A DNA stretch of 64,000 nucleotides from Paraspadella gotoi (lineage: Eukaryota > Animalia > Chaetognatha): assembly GCA_051294375.1 (NCBI GenBank), contig CM119268.1, forward strand, positions 17,637,562 to 17,701,561, given 5' to 3'. This document shows, one piece after another, positions 24,860 through 37,586 of this stretch. Under the pieces are notes generated by a model that ran no database searches, was not told the DNA's origin, and saw nothing but the letters and a program-made list of their open reading frames with translations. The position numbers and the translations under genes were made by a program. Each line of letters begins with the position of its first letter. The stretch's first letter is position 1.

Positions 24860-26730
24860 TATATGATTAAATAAAATTCGTTGTGAAACAAAAATAATTT
24901 TGCCCAAGTACTTAGTATTAAAGTATAGTAATTTTTTTCAAGACTATTGTTTTTTTTATTTTGTTTTGTTTTTGTTTATTTTTTTTACACTCAGCCCTTT
25001 GCTGTTATCGTTTCGTTTATTTCGATGCGCCGGAAGATTCAATTCAGTTTCTCCCCTTCATTCTAGAGTTTTTCCTCCATCGCTCTCTCTGTTAACCTTC
25101 TCTCCCTTTTCTCTTCCTTTCTTTTTTTCCCTTTCCTTTTCCTTACTTTCTCTCCCTCCCTCGCCCCGCAACGCCCATCACCCGTCCCCCCCCCGTTCCC
25201 CGCAGCTGCCCACGATAATGAGTCTCAATGGCTTTTTGTTATTTGATGTTTTTTTGATTGTGGGAAAAAACCCAAGATGACTGCGAGAAAAAAAGAGAGA
25301 GAGAAAGAGAGAGATAGGGGGAGAGTATTTTTTAGTTTTTTTTTACTATTCATTTTTATTGCCTCTTCGAAACTGATTTTGCCGACTCTCTCATCTTTGG
25401 GATGATACTGTGTGTTTGTGGTCTGCTTGCTTCCTTGCTAACTTATTACTCTCTCTTTACTTTTCTTCGTCTCTTTCTTTTTCCTTATTTTTTCAATTGT
25501 GTGGAATACCTCATTCCCATTACTTTTTGCCTTCTTCTTCGTTTCATTTTTTTTCAGGTCAATCACATTGCCATTATACCACTCAAACGTTTTTAACCCT
25601 TTGCAAATTTGACCATAAAACAACCTATATTAAAACCGTTCGAGCCTGTTGTCAGTTTTACCTCGACAGCCGCAACTTTCAGTTCCACAGTGGTCTCTCC
25701 GCTTTTAACACCTCCCCACGCCGCTCCTCATTTCTGCAGCTTCCACATCCTCAGTGGCACCAAAGCGGTTGCCTCATGCAATTTTCTCGTTTTCTCATCG
25801 ACGTCTTTTCTCCCTTTCGAACTAATCACCCTCTGCACTTAATCATCGCCGTCTCTGTTCTCTCTCTCTCATCTCTCGCTCTCTCCCTCTCTTCTTCTCG
25901 TCGTCCTCTTCTCGATCTCTCTTCTCCTCTTTCTCCTCTCTCTACCTCTCTCTCTCTCTCTCCACAAAGCGGAACGTCACTCGAGCGCTCAAAATCTCGA
26001 AGGCGAAAACAAAAAAGAAAATCTATGAAAGAAAAAAGGTTTCAATTCTTTTCTTTCTTTCTTATTCTCGACAACCAACGATTATATCCTCAGGCGAGAC
26101 TTTTCTTTGTTTTTTTCCTTTTGTTTTTTTGTTTTCTCTTTCCTTTATTCAATTTTCCATTTTTTTCTTTCTAGAGAATATATCTCCAGTACGAGTTTCC
26201 CTTCGAAGTAGAACCTGCGAAGGTGTCGCGCGTCTTCGCGAGCGTCGTGACGCGTTGCCATAGCGACGCGTCTCGCTTCACTCGTCGTTTCACACTTCGC
26301 CGGAGCCAAGAGAGAGAGAGAGAGAGAGAGAGAACGGGAAACGCGTAACGTGAAAGACAGAGAGTGAGAACGATAGAACACACCGTACTTTGATGAGGCG
26401 GCTTCGGCTTCAGAGAAACTGAGAGCGAAAAAAGTCGCTGGATAGTAATAATATTCGTCCGTTTCAAAATTTTAAAATCACGGATTATTTCATNNNNNNN
26501 NNNTTTTTTTTTTAATTTTCAAACAGACATGATCAAAGAGCAGCCAATGCCAAAGCCTTGGAAAAAGTCTCAGCCCTGAATCGAGACTCAGAATCGCCAA
26601 GTTTTAAAAAACCTCGAAAAATTATGTAAACCAATTTCACACTTTGGCTTTAGCGAATTTCTCTCGAATCCAAAGATTAAATTTCTCTTTCTTGTTAAAT
26701 GAAGTCGAACGACAAGTTTAAGCGGCGGCG

Positions 26731-26769
<39 letters not shown>

Positions 26770-26785
<16 letters not shown>

Positions 26786-27545
26786 CTTTGCCCCGAACTC
26801 TACACAAGTAGTGAATTCGTCTCCTTATTTTTCCCTCTAAAATGTTTTTCCTTTTCTCTTCTTCCCTCTACTTTCTCTTATCCTTCCCCATGTCTGCCTG
26901 GATTTTCTTCTTTTGCGTCAAAAGACTTCATACTCCTTGTTCGTCCCTAAACCCGCCTTCTCTCTTTCTCAGAATTCTCTTATTATTCTTATAGTTCTAT
27001 CCCATTTCATGCCATTTCCATTCCAATCCATCCCTTACCATGCCGCATCCTTCATAATTCGTTTGAGAGAGATGATAGTTGAGGAAGAGTTTTTTGTGGT
27101 TACTGAGTTTTGATTGTATGAAGTTTTGAGATTCTGAAGAGATTTACATTGGAGAGAAAAGAAAAACAGCCGTTGATTCTGAAGATTGATATTTTTTAAG
27201 AAGAGACTTTCATATAGACCTGTGAGAGAGAGATAGATCTTTGCAACCGAGAACTAAATTCTACACAAGTATGTGAATTCGTCTCCTTATTTTTTCCTCT
27301 AGAATGTTTTCTTTCTTTTCCATCTGATTTCCCATGGTCTGCCTGGATTTTCTTCTTTTGTGCGTTCTCAAGAAGACTTCATTACTCCTGATGTTCGTCC
27401 TCTGAAACCCGCCCCTTTCTCTCATTTCTCAGAATTTCTCTTTTTTTAATTCCCGTTATAGTTCTATCCCATGTTTCATGCCATTTCCTATATCCCGAAT
27501 TCATTTCCATCCTTATCCATGCCCGGCATCCTTCAGTAATCGTAT
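26770..27545 (+). repeat. ~290-bp direct repeat (26770-27063 and 27225-27545) with a ~160-bp spacer
   Basis: CTACACAAGTA..GTGAATTCGTCTCCTTATTT through CATCCTTCA occurs twice. The second copy is rich in inserted bases. Confidence 0.85.
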
Positions 27546-27548
27546 TTT

Positions 27549-28554
27549 TTAAGCGGGACCAATGAACCAGGGGGGGTAAAAAAGCTGAGAAACAGGTAAC
27601 GTTTGCCGCCCGTTTAGACTGTAAGTCATGATCCATTAAAAGGTGATCGTACATTGAAAGCTCGTGAAATTCGATAGAATCGAGGGTTTTTCTTCTTAAA
27701 AAGATTTTGGTAAAGTAGTAAAAAATTGAATCACGGCATTTGTTCATTTAAAAATTGGTGTCACAAGGAAAAGAGATTTCAGTTTAAAATTTAAAGAAAG
27801 GTAAGATCAATTTAAAAAAGAATTGTTTGCGAAGCATATTTGTTATCATAAATAATTTATAGAAAGAAATTGAAAATACTAGGAAATGAAATCAAGTGTA
27901 AATAAAAACTTTCTCCCAAGGTATCGATGATTTTATTTAAACTTTTCTTTTTCAATGATTCTATTAATTGGGATTTGAAAAATAACTAACTTCTTGATTG
28001 AGAAAGAAATAATAATAATATATAAAGATATATGGAAAGTTCTGTACTTTTGCATAATATTTTTAATTTCCTTAATTAGATTATTTATAATTCATGTTTG
28101 ATTATACAAATTTAAGGGATTACTGTGAATTATGAGAATTAATTAATAATTATTAGCAGTTTTGTTCTGTAATTAAGAATAGAATTTATGGTTTGATTTG
28201 TCTGCTTATTTAATAGTAATATAAATAAATAAAAAAATAAAATATTAGTCTTGTAAAGCCTTTGTTTTCAATGAGGGCTTAAACCTAAAATTATAGCTTG
28301 TGTGTACAGATAAAAAAAATTAAAAAATATGGATTAATTTAAAAAATACTTTCTAATGCAAAATAAAATATGGTTATATAAATACTATTAGGTTAGGGGT
28401 CAACTAAATTTTTTTTTTCAGTAATTATAAATTTTTGTGTTCCGCTAGAATAAAGATGATAGTGAATATTTTTTTGGTCTCTACTTTTCCCGTGCAAAAA
28501 AAATTATTATGGACTATCACCATTTCCAAATTCCTTGATGATAGATCCCTTTAA
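27549..28554. mobile_element. Non-autonomous TTAA-flanked DNA transposon (Kolobok-like termini), noisy copy A
   Basis: It starts TTAA-GCGGGACCAATGA and ends GATCCCT-TTAA. It is AT-rich with no ORF, colinear with 28585-29528 and separated from it by a 25-N gap. Confidence 0.55.
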
Positions 28555-28584
28555 GGGCNNNNNNNNNNNNNNNNNNNNNNNNNT

Positions 28585-29568
28585 TTAAGGGGACCAATGA
28601 ACAGGGGGGGTAAAAGCTGATGAAACATAACGTTTGACCCCTTTAACTTAAGCTGGTTCTGATCATATAATTTTTTCTTCTTAATCATTTGGGAAAGTAG
28701 TTAAAAAATTCGATATCAGCGAGCTTATTTTTCTTTAAAAAATCGGTAAGGAAGAAAATCCTTTTTCAGTTTTAAAATTTTTTTTCCAAAAAGGTAAGAT
28801 CAATTTTAAAAAGATTTTCAGTTTTATCATAATAAATTTATGAAATAGAAATGAAAAATCTTAAGGATAATGAATATCAATGATATTAATAAATTTCAAG
28901 GTTATCGATGATTTTTATTTAAACTTTCTTTTCAATGATTCTATTAATTGGGATTGAAAAATAAATCAATTCTTCGATGAGATTATTGAGAAAGATAATA
29001 TAATATATAAAAGCATAAGGAAAGATTCTGTACTTTTGTCTAAATTTAATTTCCTATAATTAGATTATTTATTTAGTGTGAATATAAAAGTTATTATAAT
29101 GTTACAGGATGAATTATGTACCGATATTAATTAATAATTATTTAGCAGTTTTGTTCTGATTAAGGAATAGAATTATGGTTTGATTTGTCTTATGTAATAT
29201 AATAAATAAAAAATAAAATAAAATATTAGGTCTTGTTAAAGCTTTGTTTCAATGAGGGCTTAACCTAAAATTATAGCTTTGTACAATAAAAAAATAGAAA
29301 AATATCGGAAATTAATTAAAAAATACTTTCTAATGCAAAAATAAAATAATGTGGTATTATATAAATACTATTAGGTAGGTGTCAACTAAATTTTTTTTTC
29401 AGTAATTATTAATTTTTGTTTCCGCTAGAATAAGATGATAGTGAATATTTTTTTGTCACTACTTTTCCCGTGCAAAAAAAATTATATGACTATCACCATT
29501 TCCAAATTCCTTGATGATGATCCCTTAAGCTTATGATATCCATTTTTATCACTTGGGTGTCCCCTTAA
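28585..29568. mobile_element. Non-autonomous TTAA-flanked DNA transposon (Kolobok-like termini), copy B
   Basis: The left end is TTAA-GGGGACCAATGA. There are two candidate right ends: GATCCC-TTAA (29528) and TCACTTGGGTGTCCCC-TTAA (29568; TCACTGGGTCCCC-TTAA in the 37.9-kb copy). A TTAA target with RR...YY termini fits Kolobok, whereas piggyBac begins CC. Confidence 0.6.
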
Positions 29569-30347
29569 GTAATCATTCCATGCTTTCTTATTGTTTCAAT
29601 TCTGTTTCCCTTTTTCCATTTTCAACCCTTATACTTTCCTCTCATTTTCCCTTACCATTTCTCACCTTCCTTATCCCCCCCCCAAAAAATTTGATCCGAC
29701 ATCCTATAAGAAAATGGTTGGTTTTCTTCCATGTTATTTACGTCCCATTTGAGTCCGCGACTGAGCCATTAACGCAGAAGTTACTAATCGAGTCTTCGGT
29801 TTGTTTCAGGAGAGGTGGGACCTCATTCCAGAAACACCATATGCGTGACGGTTCATGGGCTTCTTAGTTGTGTGTTCTTTGTCGATCTGGTGTTTTTATG
29901 CGATTTTTTGTACATTCTCTTTTTTTGTATATATATCGAATGAGTCATGCAAAGTTTTTTTTTCATTATAGTATTTATGGAGAACTATTTATTTATCTAC
30001 AATTTCATTTGCTTTTGCAAGTGTAGCATAGCCCAAGTATTAAACAATTCTAATCATTACTTTCTGAACCAGTAGTAAAAACAAATCTCTATTATCATCC
30101 GAACCCGCGCCCCCATTTTTCTTTAAAACACAAACGTCCATACCCTCCTTTTTGCGTTAATCCTCACCCGTCAATAACCTCACCCTTCATTCTTATCACC
30201 CCGAACGAGCTCGTTTTCCCTCCCGAAAGGCCGCCCATCGACTCAAAACGCGCGGGAGGGCGCGCGCATCTTTTTTTCTGCCTCCCTTTCCTTCCCTCTT
30301 TTTCACTTATCTCCTTTACCTTCTTCCTGGTAGACGCTTGCTCCTTC

Positions 30348-30474
30348 ACATACCTTCCTATTCTACACCACTCACTTCTTCCGACTTCCGCCATTTCCGG
30401 TCCACTGGTCAGATCCTGATTCGTCCGCAGCGTCAACCAATGGGAGGGCCGAGTTTCGAGCCTGCTCCACCAAT
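30348..30474 (-). promoter_or_regulatory. Candidate promoter and first coding exon (duplicate at ~38717-38849)
   Basis: CCAAT at 30437 and 30470 (33 bp apart). The minus strand has CCGGAAATGGCGG (ETS- and YY1-like, ATG at 30394) and a donor AAG|GTATGT at 30354/30353. Confidence 0.4.
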
Positions 30475-30756
30475 GGGGAAGGGGTTAGGTTACGTTAAGA
30501 TGTTGACGTCTTAAATATTTCTTTCCTCTTTCTCCCTCGCTTTTCAAGGAAAGAGAGAGAGAATTTTTCCTTTTTTCGTTTTCTTGCTCTTGACTAACGG
30601 CGGGAAAAGAGGCTAAAGTAAACGAGAGAGGAAAAGAGAAAAACGAAAGAAAGAAGAAAGAGAGAGAGCGAGAGGATGACGAGAGACGAGAGAGCGAAAG
30701 AAGAGAAGAATCTCAAAAAAGGGAAAAAAGGAAGTACCTTACTTGATAAAAAAATG

Positions 30757-30836
<80 letters not shown>

Positions 30837-31147
30837 AAGAAAAGTCAAGCATACGGAAAATGGATTTTTGAAAAAAAAAGTAGTCAAAGGACAAGTTGAT
30901 GTTAAGTGGGAATAGGATCAATGGGCTAAAATGTGATCAAGAGTTTAGAAATTCATATTCACCCACTCCTCACATTCGGATGCCACTGGCGCCGCACATA
31001 CATTATCTGCCTTCCCTCGCGTTAAAACCGGAGAAGCGAAACATTATTTTTGGCTCCGAGAAATTTGACCTTGCTTCTCGGATAAACTGTTTTCGCCGCG
31101 TCACTTCTTCCTTGCTGGGTTTTTGACTTGTTTCAGCTTATTTTCGC

Positions 31148-31198
<51 letters not shown>

Positions 31199-31317
31199 GT
31201 CTTTCCATTTGAGTTGATGAAATAATGTTCACGGATATCAACTTGAGCCTTCGGATAATTGCAACAATAGCGAGCCAATATTAAAAAGGCTGGCTCAAGA
31301 CAGAGGAGAGAGAAGAG

Positions 31318-31371
<54 letters not shown>

Positions 31372-32019
31372 TGGCGTTTGTCTCGAATTTTTCCCCACGA
31401 GTTCGTTAGTTCGTCCCACAGATTTCGTTTCATTTTTTTCTCTCTTGCAAAAATTTTCTCATCCTGGAAAGAGAAGAGACAGGATTTACGTCGACGATAA
31501 CTTTTTTTTCTTTTTCTTTCTTTTTTTCTTTCTTTTTTTTTCCCTTTTCATTTGTCTTCCAATTTTCCGACAGGCACTCTTCTTTTTCCTTTACTTTCTT
31601 TCCTATTTACTAATCTTCTCTTTTTCTTTAAATTTTACCTCGGTCGTTGCCATCCCCTTTTATTTTCTATCACTTCACGTTAATTCTATTTCCTCATATC
31701 TTCATCCAGTTTAAATTCTCACCCACACCTCGTCGCCATTCCTGGAACTCAAATCCCTCTTTAGTTCATTTCCTACCTTCCAACGCCGAACCTCACCCTC
31801 ACGCTCCACTCCCCACCTCACCTTCTCGCGTCTCGTTTCTTTCACGAAAATCTCATCTTTTTCCGCGCGTCGCTTCTCGCGAAGAAAGTCAGTCGTCTTC
31901 GTCCAGGATGTCGTCGTCGTCGTCATCGTCGTCGTCATAGTTGCCGTCATCGACTCGCCTCTTGATGTTATCGTTCTCGACGTTGTCGGGTTGCAATTCT
32001 CGTTTTTGTCGTCACTCTC

Positions 32020-32082
32020 CCCCGGATGTTCGTCACGACTGTCCCCGGATGTTCGTCATCAATGTCCCCGATGTTCGTACAG
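32020..32082 (+). repeat. ~23-24-bp minisatellite x3 (CCCGGATGTTCGTCA...), duplicate at ~40571-40637
   Basis: Direct reading. Confidence 0.8.
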
Positions 32083-32924
32083 TCTCTCATTAGTTCACTA
32101 TTTCATTTTTCAAATGTTGAATGTAGAAGCAGCATTCGGACATTTTTTATTATTTCACAGTGCAGAAACTTGGTTACCATACGTTCACTATTCCTCTAAT
32201 TTATTAGCCTTCAAATTCGATGAATGCTTTCGCCAGCCAGTAAAAACACGAAAAACAAAAAAAACGAAAAATATTTCACACCTAAACTCCGATTAGATGA
32301 GAAAGGAGTAAAAAAAAAGTGGAATTTTCTCATTCTTTTATTCTTCAAAGAAAAAGTACCGATCGAAATGTCTTAGCTAATCCTGCGCCGCTACAGCAGT
32401 CTCCTCTTACCTCCACCCTTTCTACCTCCCCCACTTCCACCCTTGCTTCCACTCCACTCCACCTCCGCAAGCGTTTTCGCTTCGGGTTTATACAAATGAA
32501 AAAGATTTTCACGAATTGAGATCTGAGTTTTCGGTTTCGTAAAATCGGAGCAAAGTATGAATCAGGAAAGTGAAGGGCGGAAGGGTTGTGCAGGACTGAA
32601 CTAAATAATTCCTCTTTGAGAGAGAGAGAGAGAGAGAGAGAAAGAGGAGAGGAGAGAGAGAGAGAGAGGAGAGAGAAGAGAGAGAAGAGCGATAGTTGGT
32701 CGGTGTTAGAGAACAAAAACCTTGTAAAGTTGTGTCAATGTCGTAAGAAGAGATTTGTTCGTTTCCTCTACGGTTTTTCTCCCTCTGGGAAAATAGCTTC
32801 CTTTTTGGGCATTAGTGAAGATAGAGAGAGAGAGAGGGAGAGGAGAGAAGGAAAGAGGTAAATGTTTGGCAGTGCGGACTTTATTTTCTAAACCTCCGTC
32901 TCCATTCCTCCCTCCTCCCCTTCG

Positions 32925-32977
<53 letters not shown>

Positions 32978-33263
32978 GCTCTCTCTCTCGCTCTCTCTTT
33001 TTCTCTCCTATTTTATCGCTTCAAGCGTTTCAAGAAATCCTTCTTTAAGAAAAAAGAATTTACTTTCCAACAAAATCTAATTTAAATTTTTGGTCTTTTT
33101 TTTTTCCCTTCTCTTCACATCTTTCACCTCTTCCGCACGCTTTTACTTTCAAGGCTCCGGAACGGAGAAAACTCCTTCCCCCCTGATGTGACCAATCCGC
33201 TTTCCTCCTAATCGATCTCGACCAACAGCGTTGGTTCTCCATTGAAAAAATGCTCAGGTCTTG

Positions 33264-33872
33264 TAGCGGTAGCCGACCAAATTAAATTTTTAATGGAACA
33301 GCATTAAACTAATCCATTATTGGGTATTAATTATTGTGTTAAAATATTTTTTTGCAAAAATGTTTCCGAACCATGAGTAATTCGCTAATTAATATTATTA
33401 TATTGCTATATAATGTAAAAATTTTTTTTTAGATAGGTTTTAAGTTTTTTTTATTGATCTGATAGAGCTTAAAAAGTTAAGCAAAAAAATAATTACACTT
33501 TTATTAAATTTGATGTTTTATTACTAAAAATTAGTAAAAACTGCTAAAATCATCGGATGATGATGATGATGATGATTTTTTCAGGTTTTTTTCAATTTAA
33601 ACCACTTATCATCAAAATATTGAAAAAAGAATTATACTTTGTGTAGAAACTTTTTATAAGCTATTTGAATCTGCTTTTAAAATAAAAATTCCAAAAAATT
33701 TTTTGACCCATTCCTATCTATAAATAAATATAAAAAATTAATTACTAATGCTTCTTCCATTTTAGAAAATTTTGCTCCATTGAAAGTTTTCTCAGAAATG
33801 TCATGTGAAGTTTCATTTGGAAAGGTTCCCAAATCAAACTTCTGACCCACCCATTGACGAAGTTTGGCTCTA
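33264..33872. mobile_element. 609-bp AT-rich insertion present only in duplicate copy 1
   Basis: Flanked by GTCTTG (33258-33263 and 33873-33878). The empty site in copy 2 has a single GTCTTG at 42242-42247. Termini are TAG...CTA. Confidence 0.8.
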
Positions 33873-35092
33873 GTCTTGGTCATACTTTTGATTCTTCGCT
33901 CAACAATAGCCGCGTTCTCGGGCCCTTTCACGAGCAATCGCGGACGAAATTCTTCTTGGCGACGTAGCCAAAGACGCTTGACTATGAGGCGTCTACCCCA
34001 TCCCCGAAACGACCAATGAGACACCGTCCCTCGGGAAAGAGAATCCCTCATCGCGTCGCGCGCGATTTTTTTTTTCTTCCGATATCGAATTCTCAAAGAT
34101 TTCTTCGGTCTTCCACGCCGTTGCATGAATCTCTTTTTGGGCAGAGTGGGGAAAAGAGAGTGATAGAGAGAGAGAGCAGTGGAGGACTTACGTAGAAAGG
34201 TGTGGTTTCAAAGAGTGAGAGGAATATAGAGAGAGGGATATACCCCATATCGCGGGTTTATGGCTGCAGAAATCAGAAAACTGTTTTCCTCGTCTAATCG
34301 ATTTCTACGTGGGTCGAGATGGAATGGTTTCGGCGATGACGGGAGAAGCGTGTTTGGATCTGGAGTGGCCGATTGGTGAACGGCGGTAAAGTGAGTGGTT
34401 CTCAGTTTTTAAAAAGAGTAGTGTTTTTAAAATAACTTGTTAAGTTGACATTAATTTGTTGTTTTGCGCCTGACCCACTCTAGCCCAACCCGCTCCAGAT
34501 TCTCTAACTGCTCCCGACGCCACTAACCCACCCACCTACCCAACAAGGAAACACTCGGGTCCCGATTTCGCGGGTCATGAATCGGTTGAGACGCGACCTT
34601 GACCTCGCTTTGACCCGAGTCTCGTCTCGCCAATCGGGGAGAGTTGTGTCAGCATCTTCGTCCATGTGGTTGCGGTGGTGCTCAATGAAGAGGCGTAGGT
34701 GTGGAGAATGAGCGAGAGCTTTACACCCTCTGTCATCGTGAGCCTAGAAGATGTGGTGACTGGTGACTGGTGAGCCCCAAATTTTGGCGACGCTGTTTGA
34801 ATAATCTTCCGAAAGAGATTAGAGAGAGGAGAGAGAGAAGAGGAGAGAGGAGAGAGGGAGGGATAAAAGTGAGAAGGAGAGTAGGGAGAGAGGGAGAGAG
34901 AGGGAGGCGAAAGGATCGGTGAAAGCAATAGAGGAATCCGAATTTTGAACGATATCATAACCTAGTAATGAGGACTAATTATTCTGGTTTCGTTTCAATT
35001 TTTCATTCGATACATTTTTAAACTTTCCTTTATTGGTTTCCTTAACGTTTAAAACTGAGATTTAATTTTGCTGACGCATTTAATCCTGACAC

Positions 35093-35123
<31 letters not shown>

Positions 35124-35144
35124 GTCTCTCATAACTGTCCGTCT

Positions 35145-35244
<100 letters not shown>

Positions 35245-37531
35245 ATTTCTCTCGTTTTGATAATTCTTTATGCAAACAGCCTCGGAATTCGAAACTGAAC
35301 TTCAGGGCGACCAAAATGTTCGAAACAAAGCGTCAAAAATCGAGGATTTTTTCTTAAAATTCTGATGCAAAATTTTGTATTCATTCGATAAATTTGAGAT
35401 TTTTTTCGCAAGCTATAAAAAACCTTTTCTTCATGCAAATAAAGAATCTGATTTAGTGGCAAATGAATTTTATTTAGGATCATTAAGGTTGAACGACCTA
35501 GGAATTGATGGACTAAGAGAGTATCAGATTATTTCTTGTAATTTCATTATTCAGAAGGGAATACCCTATACTATAATAATGTATACTTGAGGAAATAGAT
35601 ACGTAAGAGTCCAAGTCGAAGAGTATAGAATTTAAAAAAAGGCTTGTTTATTCATCTTACGACATAAATCTTAGACGAATCACTAAAAAGAAAATATACC
35701 TTTTACTTTCCTCCTGAGTGCTATTTGAGCCAAAAAAGGAGTATGCCAAGGAAACAACGGTTGCTAGGAGGAATGTGAATCCAACGACTGGTCGCGACGA
35801 ATCCCGAACCAACAACCTCCGTAATCTTCACTTTCGACCCCTTGACGCAGATCGCCTCGCGAGCGTGATTGAATCTCTCACGCGAGCGATTGGATGTTTC
35901 GCGAGCGAACGAGAAAAATATTCGCGAGCGAAACACCAACGCCTTGTCCGGTCGCAAGATGTCGAGAGTCGAATTCAATACTGAGCTTGTGATTTAATTT
36001 GACTTTGACTGTCGGATCGTGTTGGATCAGCCACCAATCTTTACCTAGTAATCGAAAGTGGACTTTAACTGACTGCTCATTATTGGATCAGTCATAAATC
36101 CTTTCCACGCCGTTTTACCTTTTCACTCTACTAAGAACCAGGATGCCGAACTTGGTAGTTTCCGGTTTCCTTACCCACTCAAAGTGAGACCTTTTCCCTT
36201 TGATTTCACAATCGTGAACTAATGGATTTGCGTTTCAAACTGTGAAACCTTTTCTCCTTTCTGTAAGGAACTTTTTACTTGCAAGGGCCAATTCACAAAA
36301 AAAATATGCTCGCTTTGGCAGACCAACAAAAAAAAAATTAAATTGCCGTGGAGGAAACTTCATCTTTTTCGCAATGTAGTAAGGAAGCCATTTTTTTTTT
36401 CCGGTGTAGCCAAAACGAAAGTTCTTGGCTTTTTTTGTAGGCAACCATAACATTTTTTTAAAATCTTTTTATTATTCTTAATTATAAATGTTTTAATTTG
36501 CTCTTGCAACTTTCAAAAGTTCAAAAGAGCTCACGAAGATGCAGCGGACTTCGTTACCGCAATTTCTCGAACCTTTTCCTTAATTCACCCGCGGAAAACC
36601 GCTTTGCCCCCAACCAGGTGAATTAACCTAAAATCGTTGGCGGCCCCCCTCCGGCCGCTATTTGTGGCGGCGGCGCTGGCCGACTCGCGTTTCCTGCGGC
36701 GGCGCTGGCCCGGCCGGTATTTTCGGCGGTAGCGCAGCCAGCAGTTTCGGAGTTATCGGCGGCGGCGGCGGCACGGCGACGGCGGCTCTGTCGGTCGGCG
36801 CTTCCGCTGCCGAGTAAGAATTTCATTACCTTTCGTTTCGGGTTGAGATGCAAATTGGATGGAGCCTCTTGACCCGGAGATGAGGGGGGAAAAGAGTGGA
36901 AGAAAGGAAGAAGGAAGGGGATCAAAAAAATGCGGATAGGAGAAGTTAAATAGAAGAAATAGAAGAAAAGAAAGAAAGAAAAGAAGAAAAAGAAAAAAAG
37001 AAAGCAGGACGAAGGAACGAAGGAACGAAGGAACGAAGGAAAGAAAGAAAAAGAAAGAAAGAAAGAAAGAACAGAAAGAGAGAGACATATATGTAAGAAG
37101 TGAATGAAACAACTAAACAACGCAACAAAACAGTGGAAAACAAGATTATAAATTGTGATTAATACAATATACAATCCTTTGCTTTTTCATTGACTAAACA
37201 AAATCCAATGTAATGTTGTAAAAACGATAACGAAGAAGAAATTAAATAAGAGAAAGAGGTAAAGATAGGAGAGAGAGACTCGAACCTGGAAATACTAGAG
37301 TGCGAGAATAAGAGTCGGAGCAAGAGAGAACAGGTTCTCCAGGTTTCGAAGCCCGAAAGACACCGGAATCTCGAGAGAGGCGTCATTAGGCCGGGAGCAG
37401 ACTTGAAATGGCACCTCCAAGACTGAGAGGAGAAAGTGAGAGAGAAACACGGAGCAGAGCGAAGGGAAAGCACAAAAGAGAATTAGATTGAGAAGGACAG
37501 ACACGGGTTACTCTCTTGGCCCGGAACAGAG

Positions 37532-37586
<55 letters not shown>

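Noticed and set aside
27549-29568. piggyBac assignment for the TTAA-flanked element
   Set aside because: The termini read GGG...CCC, the opposite of piggyBac's CCY...RGG.
35790-35960. CRISPR-like repeat-spacer array
   Set aside because: The repeat is only ~9 bp with ~11-15-bp spacers, there are no cas genes, and the DNA is intron-containing eukaryotic sequence.
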